A DNA stretch of 64,000 nt from Alphaproteobacteria bacterium. Its GTDB lineage: Bacteria; Pseudomonadota; Alphaproteobacteria; UBA828. Location: positions 672,001-736,000 of the forward strand of contig CBDCQT010000010.1 in assembly GCA_965220745.1 (NCBI GenBank). The letters run 5' to 3'. How positions within the stretch are numbered: the first letter of the stretch is position 1; each line of letters begins with the position of its first letter. The notes beneath the pieces were generated by a model that ran no database searches, was not told where the DNA came from, and saw only the letters and a program-made list of their open reading frames with translations. Shown piece by piece: positions 22,349 through 32,147 of the stretch. The translations under genes were made by a program, and so were the position numbers.

Positions 22349-22786
22349 ATGCCCACATGGAAACGCCTCCTCATCGCGTGGCTCTTCGTCCCGGTGCACC
22401 GGTTCCTGTTCCGCCTCTCGGGCGGCCGCGTCCTGGGCCGTCTGGAAGGCACGGGAGTCCTCATACTCGTCACCAAGGGACGCAAGAGCGGCGAGCCACG
22501 CTCGTCGCCATTGCTGTACTTCCAATTCGAAGAGTCCGACGACCTCATCGTCGTCGCTTCGAACTACGGCCGGGACCGCCACCCGGCGTGGTACTTGAAC
22601 ATCGCCGCCGACCCCAACATTTCCGTCGAGACCAGTGGCGAACGCTTCGCCGCCGGGGCGCACATTGTCCAGGGACAGGAGCGCGCCGCGCTGTACGACA
22701 AGGTGGTTGCGGCCAATCCACGCTTCGCCACTTACCGCGCCAGCACCCACCGCCAGATTCCCGTCGTCGCGCTCCGCCGCGCCTGA
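22349..22786 (+). CDS. Deazaflavin (F420)-dependent nitroreductase (Ddn) family
   Basis: TKGRKSGEPR.SPL, VASNYG..HPAWYLN, RQIPVV. Confidence 0.9.
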   Translation: MPTWKRLLIAWLFVPVHRFLFRLSGGRVLGRLEGTGVLILVTKGRKSGEPRSSPLLYFQFEESDDLIVVASNYGRDRHPAWYLNIAADPNISVETSGERFAAGAHIVQGQERAALYDKVVAANPRFATYRASTHRQIPVVALRRA

Positions 22787-22789
22787 TCG

Positions 22790-23029
22790 ATGAGGGCTCT
22801 GGTGACGGGTGCGACGGGTTTCGTGGGCGGCAACCTCGTCCGAGCGCTGCTGGAGGGCGTGATCTTGCGCCGGCAGCCGTACTTGCCACTGGAGGGTGCG
22901 CGGCTCGCACGGCGCAGGATGGCGGTTGACTGCACGAAGGCGATCTCGGAGCTGGGACTCCCCCAGAGTTCCGCCGCCGGAGCGCTGGAACGGTCCGTGC
23001 GATGGTTCACGGACCACGGATACGTGTGA
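22790..23029 (+). pseudogene. Internally deleted NAD-dependent epimerase/dehydratase (HpnA-like)
   Basis: N-terminal MRALVTGATGFVGGNLVRALL fused in frame to C-terminal KAISELGL..ALERSVRWF; 79 aa versus about 330 aa typical. Confidence 0.8.
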
Positions 23030-23060
23030 GCCGGAGCGTGCCCGAACGCCTGGGCGGGAG

Positions 23061-23513
23061 GAATCCCGGTAAATTTCGAAAGAGTATTTTAAGGTGGCCT
23101 ATTCCGGCCCACTCCGGCCCAAAGCGGCCCAAGGTGGCCCAAGGTGGTCCAGGCAAGCGGCCCAAGGTGGCTCATGACGGACCGGAGCGGCGCATCGGAT
23201 GGGAGTGGATATCGAGCCGGTACGCGCCTTCGTCGTGTGTCTCCGGGGTCCATCCATACCAGTCGCCCTCGACCTCGGCGCGGATGATGGCAACGGCCTC
23301 GGGCGACAGCCCGCCGCCGCCCTTCGGCGTCTTGTTTCGCCCGGCGTCCATGCGGGCGACGGCGCTCTCGCGCTCCGCATCGCTCTTGCCGGCGCCTTCG
23401 ATGCGGTGCATGGCGAGCGCGAGCGGGGATTTGTCGACCGGGTGATGGTCTGCGCGATGCATCCGCGCAGCCTGCCCCGACCCGCCCGCCCCGTGCACCG
23501 CACCATGGTCCGG
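23061..23513 (-). mobile_element. DUF3486-element copy B, with 5' part of the ORF deleted
   Basis: Aligns with copy C except for a gap matching about 37400-37773; left boundary approximate. Confidence 0.85.
23172..23428 (-). pseudogene. C-terminal remnant of the DUF3486-like gene
   Basis: 75/83 aa identical to the C-terminus of ORF 37143-37742; RBS and start are missing. Confidence 0.85.
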
Positions 23514-23755
23514 GGCCTCTTGTCGCCGGCAACCGGCGCGGTTGAGCCGAGATCGTGCGCCGTGTCCTCGACCAGGGGCAGACCCCGAAAGGCATGGCCG
23601 GGCGTTGCGCTGTCGGGCGAAGCACCCGCCCCTGGCGTGTGAACGCCGGAGAAACGTAGTCTGGCGTCGACAGGCGGCAAGAAGACGGCCCAGCCTGAGC
23701 AAGAATATTATGAGCACGCCGCCGATCATGGACCGGTAGAAAACCGGGGAGGTGA

Positions 23756-24370
23756 ATGATGGCCGTTCGTCAGATCGCAAAGATGGGGCATCCCGTTCTG
23801 CGCAAGAAAGCCGCCCCGGTCGACGACCCGACGGATCCTGACATTGCCCGTCTCGCGGCAGACATGCGCGACACGCTGGAATGGATCGGCGGCGCCGGAA
23901 TTGCGGCGCCCCAGGTCTACGATAGCCGGCGTGTCGTGGTGTACCGCATCCTGGCCGAGCGCATCCCGCCGGGTGTCGCGCTCGAGCCGCTGCCGTGGAC
24001 GGCGATGGTCAACCCGGTCGTCACGCCGCTCGGCGACGAGGTGGGCCTGATCTGGGAGCGCTGCCTCTCGCTGCCGGGCCTCCACGGCAAGGTGCCGCGC
24101 TACAAGCGGGTCGAGATCGTCTACCAGACGCTGGAGGATGAGAGCCAACGGCGGATCGTCGAGGACTGGCACGCGATGATCCTCCAGCACGAGTGCGATC
24201 ACCTGGACGGCATCCTCTACCCCATGCGGATGACCGATCTCTCGTACCTGGCGTTCAATGCCGAGCCGGGCGAGCTCGCGAGGGAAGCCGAGACCAAGCC
24301 CGACCTGGACCCGGCCCTCCGCGCCATGGTGGACGCATGGCCCGCGCGGGAGAAGTGGCTCGCCTTGTGA
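23756..24370 (+). CDS. def: Peptide deformylase
   Basis: GAGIAAPQ, ERCLS (variant of EGCLS), QHECDHLDG. Confidence 0.92.
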   Translation: MMAVRQIAKMGHPVLRKKAAPVDDPTDPDIARLAADMRDTLEWIGGAGIAAPQVYDSRRVVVYRILAERIPPGVALEPLPWTAMVNPVVTPLGDEVGLIWERCLSLPGLHGKVPRYKRVEIVYQTLEDESQRRIVEDWHAMILQHECDHLDGILYPMRMTDLSYLAFNAEPGELAREAETKPDLDPALRAMVDAWPAREKWLAL

Positions 24371-24453
24371 CGAGACGGCCGCCGGCACCGTAGACAACCC
24401 GGTCCGCGCAGGGCGAAGCTCCGCCGGACCGCACCTCAGCAGAGGCTTCCCAC

Positions 24454-25314
24454 ATGTCCGGACCGCGCATTCGCCCCCGCCGCTCGTTCATCTTCGTGCC
24501 GGGCCTGCGCCCAGAAATGTTTCCGAAGGCGCTCGCGAGCGGCGCGGACATGGTCTGCGTCGAGCTTGAGGACGGGATCGCGCCCAAGGACAAGCCGGCC
24601 GCGCGTGCCAACGCGATCAGGCTCTTCGAGCGCGCGCAGGCCGACGACGGGGTCGAGCGGATCGTCCGCATCAACTCGCTGCGCGAGGGCTTTGGCATTG
24701 CCGACGTGCAGGCGGTGCTGGCCAGCGACACGCCGCCGCCCGCGCTGATGATGCCCAAGGTGCGGACGCCGGACGAAGTGGTGTTGCTCGACGACCTGCT
24801 GACCGAGCGCGGCCACGACACCCGCCTGCACGTGATCGTCGAGACCAATGCCGGGCTCAAGGCCGCCTACGACATCGCTCACTGCAGCCAGCGCATCGAC
24901 GCGATGTTCTTCGGCGGCGTCGACATGGCCGCCGAGCTGCGCTGCCAGAACGCGTGGGAGCCGCTGCTCTACGCCCGCTCGCGCGTGGTCCATGCCGCCG
25001 CCGGCGCGGGGCTCGACGTGATCGACGTGCCCTATCTCGATCTTGAGGATCCGGACGGCATGAAGCGCGCCGCGATTCAGGCGCGAGACCTGGGCTTCTG
25101 CGGCAAGGGCGCGGTGCACCCCAAGCAGATCGCGGCGCTCAACGAGGTGTTCACGCCCGCGCCGGAGCGGATTGCCCGCGCCCGGCGCATCATCGCCGAG
25201 TTCGAGGCGGCCGATACAGGACTGGTGGTGATCGACGGCAAGCTGATCGAGAAGCCGGTGCTGCGCGAGATGCACCGGATCGTCGCCATTGCCGAGCGAA
25301 TCGGTGCCGGTTAG
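24454..25314 (+). CDS. HpcH/HpaI aldolase / citrate lyase beta (CoA-ester lyase) family
   Basis: RRSFIFVPG, LEDG, VRIN, MPKV, GKGAVHPKQI, DGKLIEKP. Confidence 0.92.
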   Translation: MSGPRIRPRRSFIFVPGLRPEMFPKALASGADMVCVELEDGIAPKDKPAARANAIRLFERAQADDGVERIVRINSLREGFGIADVQAVLASDTPPPALMMPKVRTPDEVVLLDDLLTERGHDTRLHVIVETNAGLKAAYDIAHCSQRIDAMFFGGVDMAAELRCQNAWEPLLYARSRVVHAAAGAGLDVIDVPYLDLEDPDGMKRAAIQARDLGFCGKGAVHPKQIAALNEVFTPAPERIARARRIIAEFEAADTGLVVIDGKLIEKPVLREMHRIVAIAERIGAG

Positions 25315-25339
25315 GAGCGGCTGCGGACGGGGGCATGGG

Positions 25340-27364
25340 TTGAGCAACAGGATCGCCATCGACATCCACGAACGCCGGGCCTTTGCCGGCGGTCACGAAT
25401 TCGGCGACGCCGGCGCCTACGAGCGGCTGACCGGGCGGGCGCGGTTCGCCGTCGATCCCGACGCGCCGGCGCAGGCGGGGATCGTCGACCTGGACAAAGC
25501 CCCCCGTAATCGCGATGGCCTGGTCGAGTTCGTGGCCGATCTGTGCATTCTGAAACCGGCCGATCCGGCCCGCGGCAACAGGCGTCTCTTCTTCGATTAC
25601 GGCAACCGCGGCAACAAGCGGGCCGTGCAGTATTTTTGCGACGCGCCGGCCTGCAACGATCCGCTGACGCTGGAGCACGCCGGCAACGGCTATCTGTTCC
25701 GCCGCGGCTACACGGTGGTCTGGGGTGCCTGGCAGGGGGACCTGCTGCCGGGCGACGGCCGCATGATCCTGACCCTGCCCGTCGCGACCGACGACGGCGC
25801 ACCGCTCACCGGCCCGGTGCGGACCGAGTTCATCGTCGCGCAGGAAGGCCAGACCACGCTGCCGCTGAGCGGCTGGGTTTCCACCCGCAGCCACCCGACG
25901 GTCTCGCGCGATCCAGCCAAGGCGCGGCTGACTCGGCGCCGTTACCCTGATAGCGAGCGCGTCGAGATCGCGCCGGAGGCCTGGCAGTTCGCGCGCATCG
26001 AAACCGGCGTGGGCCTCGACTTCCAGGGTGCCGAGCACGCCATCGTCGAGTCCGACACGTACATCTACCTGCCGGGCGGGTTCGAGCCCGGCTGGATCTA
26101 CGAGCTGGTTTACGAGGGCCGCGATCCGCTAGTGCTGGGCCTCGGCCACGTGGCGGTGCGCGATCTCGTCAGCTTCCTGAAGTACGAGGAACGCGACAGC
26201 GAAGGGCGCGTCAACCCGGTGGCAGGCGCCGGGCCAATGGAAAAGGCCTACGCCTTCGGCCGCTCGCAGACGGGGCGCTGCATCCGCGACGCGATCTGGC
26301 GCGGCTTCAACGCCGATGCGGCAGGGCGCAAGGTGTTCGACGGCGTGCTGGCGCACGTCGCCGGCTGCGGGCGCATGTGGATGAACCACCGCTTCGCCAA
26401 CGTCGTCGTGCCGGCGGGGCAACAGTACGAGGACCACGACAACGCCGCCGACTCCTTCCCCTTCTCTTATGCTGAGTGCAGGGATCACCTGACCGGCAGG
26501 TCGGACGCGATCTGCAAGCGGCCCGAGACCGACCCGCTGATCTTTCACACCCAGACCGCCACGGAATACTGGCAGCGGCGCGGCTCGCTCGTGCATACCG
26601 ACACCGAGGGCAACGATCTGGCGCAGCCCGACAACGTGCGGGTCTACTTCTGGTCGAGTGCGCCGCACGTGGCCGATCCCAACCAGGGTGCGCCGGTGCG
26701 CGGCGTGTGCCAGAACCTGGGCAACGTGGTCCAGACCTCGATGCTGTTCCGTGCGCTACTGGACGCGATGGACCGATGGGCGAGCGAGGGCACGGCGCCG
26801 CCGGCAAGCCGCATCCCCCGGCGCGACGACGGCAGCCTCGTCGAGATGGACGAATGGTGCGCGCAGTTCCCCGCCATCCCCGGAGTCGCCACACCGAGTG
26901 GGCCCAGCGCGCTGCCGCTCCTCGACTTCGGGCCGGAGGCGGGCGACGGCATTCAGGACACGCTGCCGCCCGACGTCGTCAATCCCGACGGCTACGCCGT
27001 GCTGGTGCCGGCGGTCGACGCCGACGGCAACGACGCTGCCGGGGTGCGGGTGCCGATGGTCGCCGCACCCCTCGCCACCTACACCGGCTGGAACCTGCGG
27101 GACAGGGGTCAGGGCGAGGGTGCCATGCACGAGTTCACTGGCAGCACGATTCCGCTTCCTGAAACGGACTCGATACAGGCGGCCACCGGCGACCCGCGGC
27201 CCTCACTCGAGCAACGCTATGGCGATGCGGATGGCTACGTCGCCGCGATCGTCGAGGCGGCGGAACGCCTGGTCGCCGACGGTCTTATGGTGGAGGAGGA
27301 CATTGCTCGCGTCCGGCAGCGCGCCCGAAACTGGAGCCGGCCGCTGCACGACGTGCGTCTTTAG
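25340..27364 (+). CDS. Alpha/beta hydrolase domain protein (Abhydrolase_10-like)
   Basis: NRGNK, WQGD, GRSQTGR, EYWQRRGSL, PLATYTGWN; probable TTG start. Confidence 0.8.
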   Translation: MSNRIAIDIHERRAFAGGHEFGDAGAYERLTGRARFAVDPDAPAQAGIVDLDKAPRNRDGLVEFVADLCILKPADPARGNRRLFFDYGNRGNKRAVQYFCDAPACNDPLTLEHAGNGYLFRRGYTVVWGAWQGDLLPGDGRMILTLPVATDDGAPLTGPVRTEFIVAQEGQTTLPLSGWVSTRSHPTVSRDPAKARLTRRRYPDSERVEIAPEAWQFARIETGVGLDFQGAEHAIVESDTYIYLPGGFEPGWIYELVYEGRDPLVLGLGHVAVRDLVSFLKYEERDSEGRVNPVAGAGPMEKAYAFGRSQTGRCIRDAIWRGFNADAAGRKVFDGVLAHVAGCGRMWMNHRFANVVVPAGQQYEDHDNAADSFPFSYAECRDHLTGRSDAICKRPETDPLIFHTQTATEYWQRRGSLVHTDTEGNDLAQPDNVRVYFWSSAPHVADPNQGAPVRGVCQNLGNVVQTSMLFRALLDAMDRWASEGTAPPASRIPRRDDGSLVEMDEWCAQFPAIPGVATPSGPSALPLLDFGPEAGDGIQDTLPPDVVNPDGYAVLVPAVDADGNDAAGVRVPMVAAPLATYTGWNLRDRGQGEGAMHEFTGSTIPLPETDSIQAATGDPRPSLEQRYGDADGYVAAIVEAAERLVADGLMVEEDIARVRQRARNWSRPLHDVRL

Positions 27365-27381
27365 ACCGCATTTCTCAGCAG
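27361..27381 (+). repeat. Solo degenerate copy of the MITE terminal repeat, overlapping a TAG stop
   Basis: TTAGACCGCATTTCTCAGCAG vs CTAGCCCGCATTTCTCACCAG (18/21). Confidence 0.55.
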
Positions 27382-27470
27382 CCGGTGCGGTCGGCGAGTG
27401 CGAGCGCGTTGTTTACGGGCCCGAGGTCCGTGCCCTCTTTGATCCGGAGACAGGCGCGCTCTACCTGGCC

Positions 27471-28649
27471 TTAGTGGCCAAGGCGGTTGCCGTTCGCAAG
27501 GTCGAACAGGCGGATGCGATCGCCGTCCATGATCAAGTCGATGACCTCGCCGCGTTCCGGCACCTCGTCCGCAGACACCCGCAGCGTGAGGAAACGGGTA
27601 TCCTCGTGCGCCAGTTCAGTCGTGTCCTCGTGGCTATCACCGACGAATTCGTCGGCGGTACGGACGACGACGGCCGGGTCCACCAGGGATGCGGAAACGT
27701 GGGCCTCGGGCTCGATGTGCTCGACCAGTTCCACGCGGGCTTGCAGGACACCCGACGCGCCATTCTCGCTACGCCGCCATCCCAGGTGCTCGGGCCGAAC
27801 GCCTAAGAGCACGCGATCGCCGGGCCCGGCTCCGTCGCTGAGCGACAGGGGTCCGAGCGTGATTTCGGTGCTGCCTATCGACGCCGCAACCTCCGCACCG
27901 CTTCCGGTGAGCACGGCTTCGATGAAGTTCATCGCCGGGCTGCCGATGAAGCCGGCCACGAAAATGTTGGCCGGTTGGCGATAGAGCGCTTGCGGGGTGT
28001 CGTACTGCTGGAGCGAGCCTTCCGAGAATATGGCGACGCGGTCGCCGAGGGTCATCGCCTCCACCTGATCGTGGGTGACATGGATCGTGGTCACGCCGAG
28101 GCGTTCGTGGAGGCGCCGCAGCTCGGTGCGCAATTGCACTCTGAGCTTGGCGTCCAGGTTGGAGAGCGGCTCGTCCAGCAGGAACGCACCCGGATGGCGC
28201 ACGATCGCCCGCCCCATGGCCACCCTCTGCCGCTGGCCGCCGGAGAGCTGCTTCGGCTTGCGGTCGAGTAGCTGGTCGAGATCGAGAATCCGCGCCGCCT
28301 CGTTCACCCGTTCGGCGATCTCGGCTTGGCGGAACTTCCGCACGCGGAGCGCAAAGGCGATGTTCTGGCGCACGGTCATGTGCGGGTAGAGGGCGTAGTT
28401 CTGAAAGACCATGGCCATGTTGCGCTCGCGCGGCGAAACGTCGTTGATGACCTGGCCGTCGAAGCGAATCTCGCCGGCGGTCATGGTCTCGAGCCCGGAG
28501 ATCAGCCGCAGCAGAGTGGTCTTGCCGCAGCCCGAAGGACCGACGAACACGACGAACTCGCCGTCGTCGATTTCGAGGTCCACGTCGTTGACGGCCACCG
28601 TGCCGTCCGGAAAGACCTTTCTGATCCCGCTCAGCCCGATCGCGCCCAT
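27471..28649 (-). CDS. CUT1-type (MalK/UgpC-like) ABC transporter ATPase
   Basis: GPSGCGKTT, LSGGQRQR, DEPLSNLD, VTHDQ. Confidence 0.95.
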   Translation of the reverse strand: MGAIGLSGIRKVFPDGTVAVNDVDLEIDDGEFVVFVGPSGCGKTTLLRLISGLETMTAGEIRFDGQVINDVSPRERNMAMVFQNYALYPHMTVRQNIAFALRVRKFRQAEIAERVNEAARILDLDQLLDRKPKQLSGGQRQRVAMGRAIVRHPGAFLLDEPLSNLDAKLRVQLRTELRRLHERLGVTTIHVTHDQVEAMTLGDRVAIFSEGSLQQYDTPQALYRQPANIFVAGFIGSPAMNFIEAVLTGSGAEVAASIGSTEITLGPLSLSDGAGPGDRVLLGVRPEHLGWRRSENGASGVLQARVELVEHIEPEAHVSASLVDPAVVVRTADEFVGDSHEDTTELAHEDTRFLTLRVSADEVPERGEVIDLIMDGDRIRLFDLANGNRLGH

Positions 28650-28830
28650 CGGGACTCCCCGCCCAGCGTCGACACGCCCCGGCGCATTGACCGCATCAGT
28701 GCGCCCCACTACCGTCGCCAATCCACAGTTTGATACAGGCTTTCGGGCGCGATGGGTACCGTCCGGCGACGGAGATTCCCGGCGGGACGCGACTTGATTG
28801 CCCTGCCCTTCACGCACTCCGGAGGTACCG

Positions 28831-29631
28831 ATGTCCTCGGATGACACCAGTGTGCCCATTGGCTACGCACGCGACATCTTCGAACTGTCCGGCCGGGTGG
28901 CCGTGATCACCGGCGGCGGTAGCGGGCTCGGTCGGGCCATCGCCATCGGCTACGCGCAATGCGGCGTCACGGTCGTCGTCGCCGACATCAACGAAGACGG
29001 TGCGGCCGAGACCAAGGCGACCATCGACGAGCAGGGTGGGACCGCCGTGACGGTCCCCCTCGATGTCACCAAGCGCAGCCAGTGCATCGAAGTCGCGAAC
29101 GCGGTGCGGCGCGAGCACGGTCGCGTCGACATCCTCGTCAACAGCGCGGGCGGCGCCCACCGCAGCCCGGCCGAGGAGTTTCCGGAGGAGCGCTTCGACT
29201 ACATCATCGAGCTGAACCTGAAGGGCACGTACCTCTGCTGTCAGGCGTTCGGCAACGTCATGCTCGATCAGGGGAAGGGCAGCATCATCAACATGGCGTC
29301 GATCGGCTCCTTCATCGCCTATCCGTTGTCGAGCGCCTATCTCGCGTCGAAGGGCGGGGTCGCCCAGGTGACCAAGGTGATGGCGCTGGAGTGGCGCGAG
29401 CGCGGCGTGCGGGTCAACGGGATCGGCCCGACGCTGATGGAATCCCCGATGACCCGCAAGGCCGCCCAGACGACCTCGTTCACCGCCGACTTCATCAAGG
29501 CCCGCATGATCCGGCCGCGGGTCGGCCTGCCGCGCGAGTTGATCGGGGCGGCGATCTTCCTCGCGAGCGATGCGTCGGAGCTGGTGACCGGCCACACCAT
29601 CATGTGCGACGACGGCTACATGACCGCGTAA
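28831..29631 (+). CDS. SDR family oxidoreductase
   Basis: TGGGSGLG, NSAG, YLASK; GGAGG RBS. Confidence 0.93.
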   Translation: MSSDDTSVPIGYARDIFELSGRVAVITGGGSGLGRAIAIGYAQCGVTVVVADINEDGAAETKATIDEQGGTAVTVPLDVTKRSQCIEVANAVRREHGRVDILVNSAGGAHRSPAEEFPEERFDYIIELNLKGTYLCCQAFGNVMLDQGKGSIINMASIGSFIAYPLSSAYLASKGGVAQVTKVMALEWRERGVRVNGIGPTLMESPMTRKAAQTTSFTADFIKARMIRPRVGLPRELIGAAIFLASDASELVTGHTIMCDDGYMTA

Positions 29632-29749
29632 TCCGCCCCATCGCCGGGCCTCGTGCCCGGCAGGCTGCTGGCCCCCCCTATGACTTCAGTGATAGTTTTG
29701 CCCGCGACCGGCGCATAAGCGCCGGCAGTCAGAATGGGGAGGAGACACA

Positions 29750-31189
29750 ATGGGCCGTAAGAACGAGTCTGGTCGCGAGGGCGAGCCGGGCAAGGGCACC
29801 CCCGGCGGGGTGAATCGCCGTCAAGTCATCAAGGGCGCAGGTGCCGCCGGCGTCACTGCCGCAGCGCTTCCCGGCCTGGTGGGCGCTCGGCAAGCGTTCG
29901 CCGCCGACTACGACCCGATGAAATACGCCGGGACCGAGATCAACATCCTCATGACCGGCGACGAGAACGATCACCGGGCGCTCGACGATCTGCTGCCCGA
30001 GATGAAGGCGGAAACCGGAATAGACCTGGTGGTCTCGGCACCGGCCCTCGGCCCGTTGATCGAGAAGACGCTGCAGAACCTCAAGGCCGAGCAGTCGTCG
30101 TTCGAGCTGATCGAGTATCTGGGCTTCCTGACCACACAACAGGTCGGCGGCGGCTACTTCATGCAGCTCAACGAGTTCATCGACGACCCAGCCGAGACGC
30201 CGCCCGATTGGGACTTCGACGACTTCATTCCGGCTGCCATGAGAAATGTCGGCTACTACGACATGGCGACGGGGACGGTCGGCAAGGGCACGGACGTTTA
30301 CGGCGTTCCGGGCCTCCATTCCGGCTCGGTCATCTACTTCTACCGCAAGGACCTGTTCGAGGAGGCCGGACTCCAGCCGGCGAGCACCTGGGACGAGTTC
30401 ATGGCGGCCGCCCAGGCATTGCACAGCGATGACGTGGCCGGATGCAGCTTCATCGGCGCGAACGATTTCTCGCTGGCCACGGTGGACTGGTACACGCGCT
30501 TCATCACCACCGGGGGCAGCCTGATGAGCGGCGACCCCAACGAGAAGAACTTCACGCCGCAGATCAACTCGGCCGAGGGCATCAACGCGCTGCAGATGCT
30601 TATCGACTACCTGCCCTACGCGCCGAAGAACGTCACGCAATACGGCTTCGCCGAGAACGTGGACGGATTCTCCACCGGCAGGATCGCGCAGATGATCTTC
30701 TGGTCGACCATTGCCGGGCCGGTGCTCAACGAGGAGAACTCGCTGGTCGCTGACGTGACGGGGACCGCGCCCGTGCCGGCGGGGCCGGGGCGTATGCCGA
30801 GTGCAATCCAGGGCGGATGGGGAGTTGGCATTCCTGCGAATATCGATCCCGCCAAGAGGGGCGCCGCCTGGCGGGCCCTGACTTGGGTCACCAACAAGCG
30901 GATCAACCGCTACTCGATCGAGGCCTACAACATCGACGCCAACCGGACCTCGGCTTTCAAGGATCCGGAGCTGCTCGAGAGGTTCCCCTATCTGGAGCAC
31001 GCGCTGTCCGCCATCGAGAACGCGGTGACCATCCCGACCTCGCGCATTCCGGAATTCTTCCAGATGAACGCCATGATGAACGTCGAGTTCAACGCGGCGC
31101 TCATCGGCGCGCAGGACGCGAAGACCGCGTGCGACAACGTGCAGGCCCAGTGGGAGGATGTTCTGCGCAAGGCGGGTCACCTCGCGTAG
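29750..31189 (+). CDS. ABC transporter substrate-binding protein (CUT1), Tat-exported
   Basis: NRRQVIK twin-arginine signal, FYRKDLFEEAGL, GGWG. Confidence 0.92.
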   Translation: MGRKNESGREGEPGKGTPGGVNRRQVIKGAGAAGVTAAALPGLVGARQAFAADYDPMKYAGTEINILMTGDENDHRALDDLLPEMKAETGIDLVVSAPALGPLIEKTLQNLKAEQSSFELIEYLGFLTTQQVGGGYFMQLNEFIDDPAETPPDWDFDDFIPAAMRNVGYYDMATGTVGKGTDVYGVPGLHSGSVIYFYRKDLFEEAGLQPASTWDEFMAAAQALHSDDVAGCSFIGANDFSLATVDWYTRFITTGGSLMSGDPNEKNFTPQINSAEGINALQMLIDYLPYAPKNVTQYGFAENVDGFSTGRIAQMIFWSTIAGPVLNEENSLVADVTGTAPVPAGPGRMPSAIQGGWGVGIPANIDPAKRGAAWRALTWVTNKRINRYSIEAYNIDANRTSAFKDPELLERFPYLEHALSAIENAVTIPTSRIPEFFQMNAMMNVEFNAALIGAQDAKTACDNVQAQWEDVLRKAGHLA

Positions 31190-31229
31190 GCACAAGAGGG
31201 CCCGACAAGACGAGTAACCCGATCGCGGG

Positions 31230-32147
31230 ATGACCCCCGCCAGTCGCGAACGGCTCGGCACCAAGCTGGGGAAGCTGGATCGGCCGGGGACAGTCGTATG
31301 GCTGCTCCTCGCGCCGACCCTGCTCTATCTCGCGGCGTTCGCGATCTTTCCACTCTTCTACAGCCTTCGGCTCTCGTTCACGGACCTGACCGCGGCAGCG
31401 GGCACCGGAGACTGGGTCGGTCTCAGGAATTACGGCGACCTGCTGCGCGACCCGCACTTCTGGAACGCGACCAAGAACAGCGCGGTCATGGTGAGCGCCT
31501 CGCTGGCAATTCAGGTGGTCCTCGGGGTCGCGCTCGCGATGTTCTTCAATCTGCAGCTCAGGGGCGCGTGGCTCGTCCGTGGCATCCTGGTGCTGCCCAT
31601 GCTGATCACGCCCATCGTCGTTGGCGTGATGTGGCGGGCCCTGCTGAATCCGGATTGGGGGCTCGTCAACTGGTGCATCGAGGCGGTCGGCCTGGAGCCG
31701 CCGAACTGGTTCGGCTCGATCGAGATGGCGATGCCAACGCTCATCCTTGTCGAATCGTGGCAGTGGACGCCGTTTGTCTTCATCATCGTCTATGCCCGTC
31801 TGCAGGCGCTGCCGCAGGAGGTGTTCGAGGCCGCCATCGTCGACGGCGCGAAGCCGCTCGCCACGTTCCGCTTCGTCACCTTGCCGCTCCTGATGCCGGC
31901 GATCATCTTCGCCGCGGTCTTCCGTGCGGTCGATTCGTTCCGCTCCTTCGACCTCATCTTCGGGTTGAGCTACGGCGGGCCGGCACGGAGCACGACGACG
32001 CTGAGCTTCTTCTCGTTTCAGAACGGCTTCCAGTGGCAGAACTACGGCTACGCCGCCGCGGTGTCATACATGATGCTGCTGATTCTCGCGGTGGGCACCA
32101 TCGTGCTGCTCCGCTTCGTCCAGATACGGCCGGGGTACGCGAAATGA
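31230..32147 (+). CDS. Carbohydrate ABC transporter permease
   Basis: WVGLRNY, WQWTPF, EAAIVDGA. Confidence 0.93.
   Translation: MTPASRERLGTKLGKLDRPGTVVWLLLAPTLLYLAAFAIFPLFYSLRLSFTDLTAAAGTGDWVGLRNYGDLLRDPHFWNATKNSAVMVSASLAIQVVLGVALAMFFNLQLRGAWLVRGILVLPMLITPIVVGVMWRALLNPDWGLVNWCIEAVGLEPPNWFGSIEMAMPTLILVESWQWTPFVFIIVYARLQALPQEVFEAAIVDGAKPLATFRFVTLPLLMPAIIFAAVFRAVDSFRSFDLIFGLSYGGPARSTTTLSFFSFQNGFQWQNYGYAAAVSYMMLLILAVGTIVLLRFVQIRPGYAK

Noticed and set aside
23096-23176. Tandem GGCCCAAGGT repeats as a CRISPR array
   Set aside because: 10-bp units without unique spacers and no cas genes.
23514-23755. Possible ncRNA or riboswitch upstream of def
   Set aside because: No recognisable consensus or convincing structure by eye; needs an Rfam scan.
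23172-23780. 202-aa ORF as an intact second DUF3486 gene
   Set aside because: Its N-terminal part is read-through of leader and intergenic DNA; only the last 83 or so codons are homologous.
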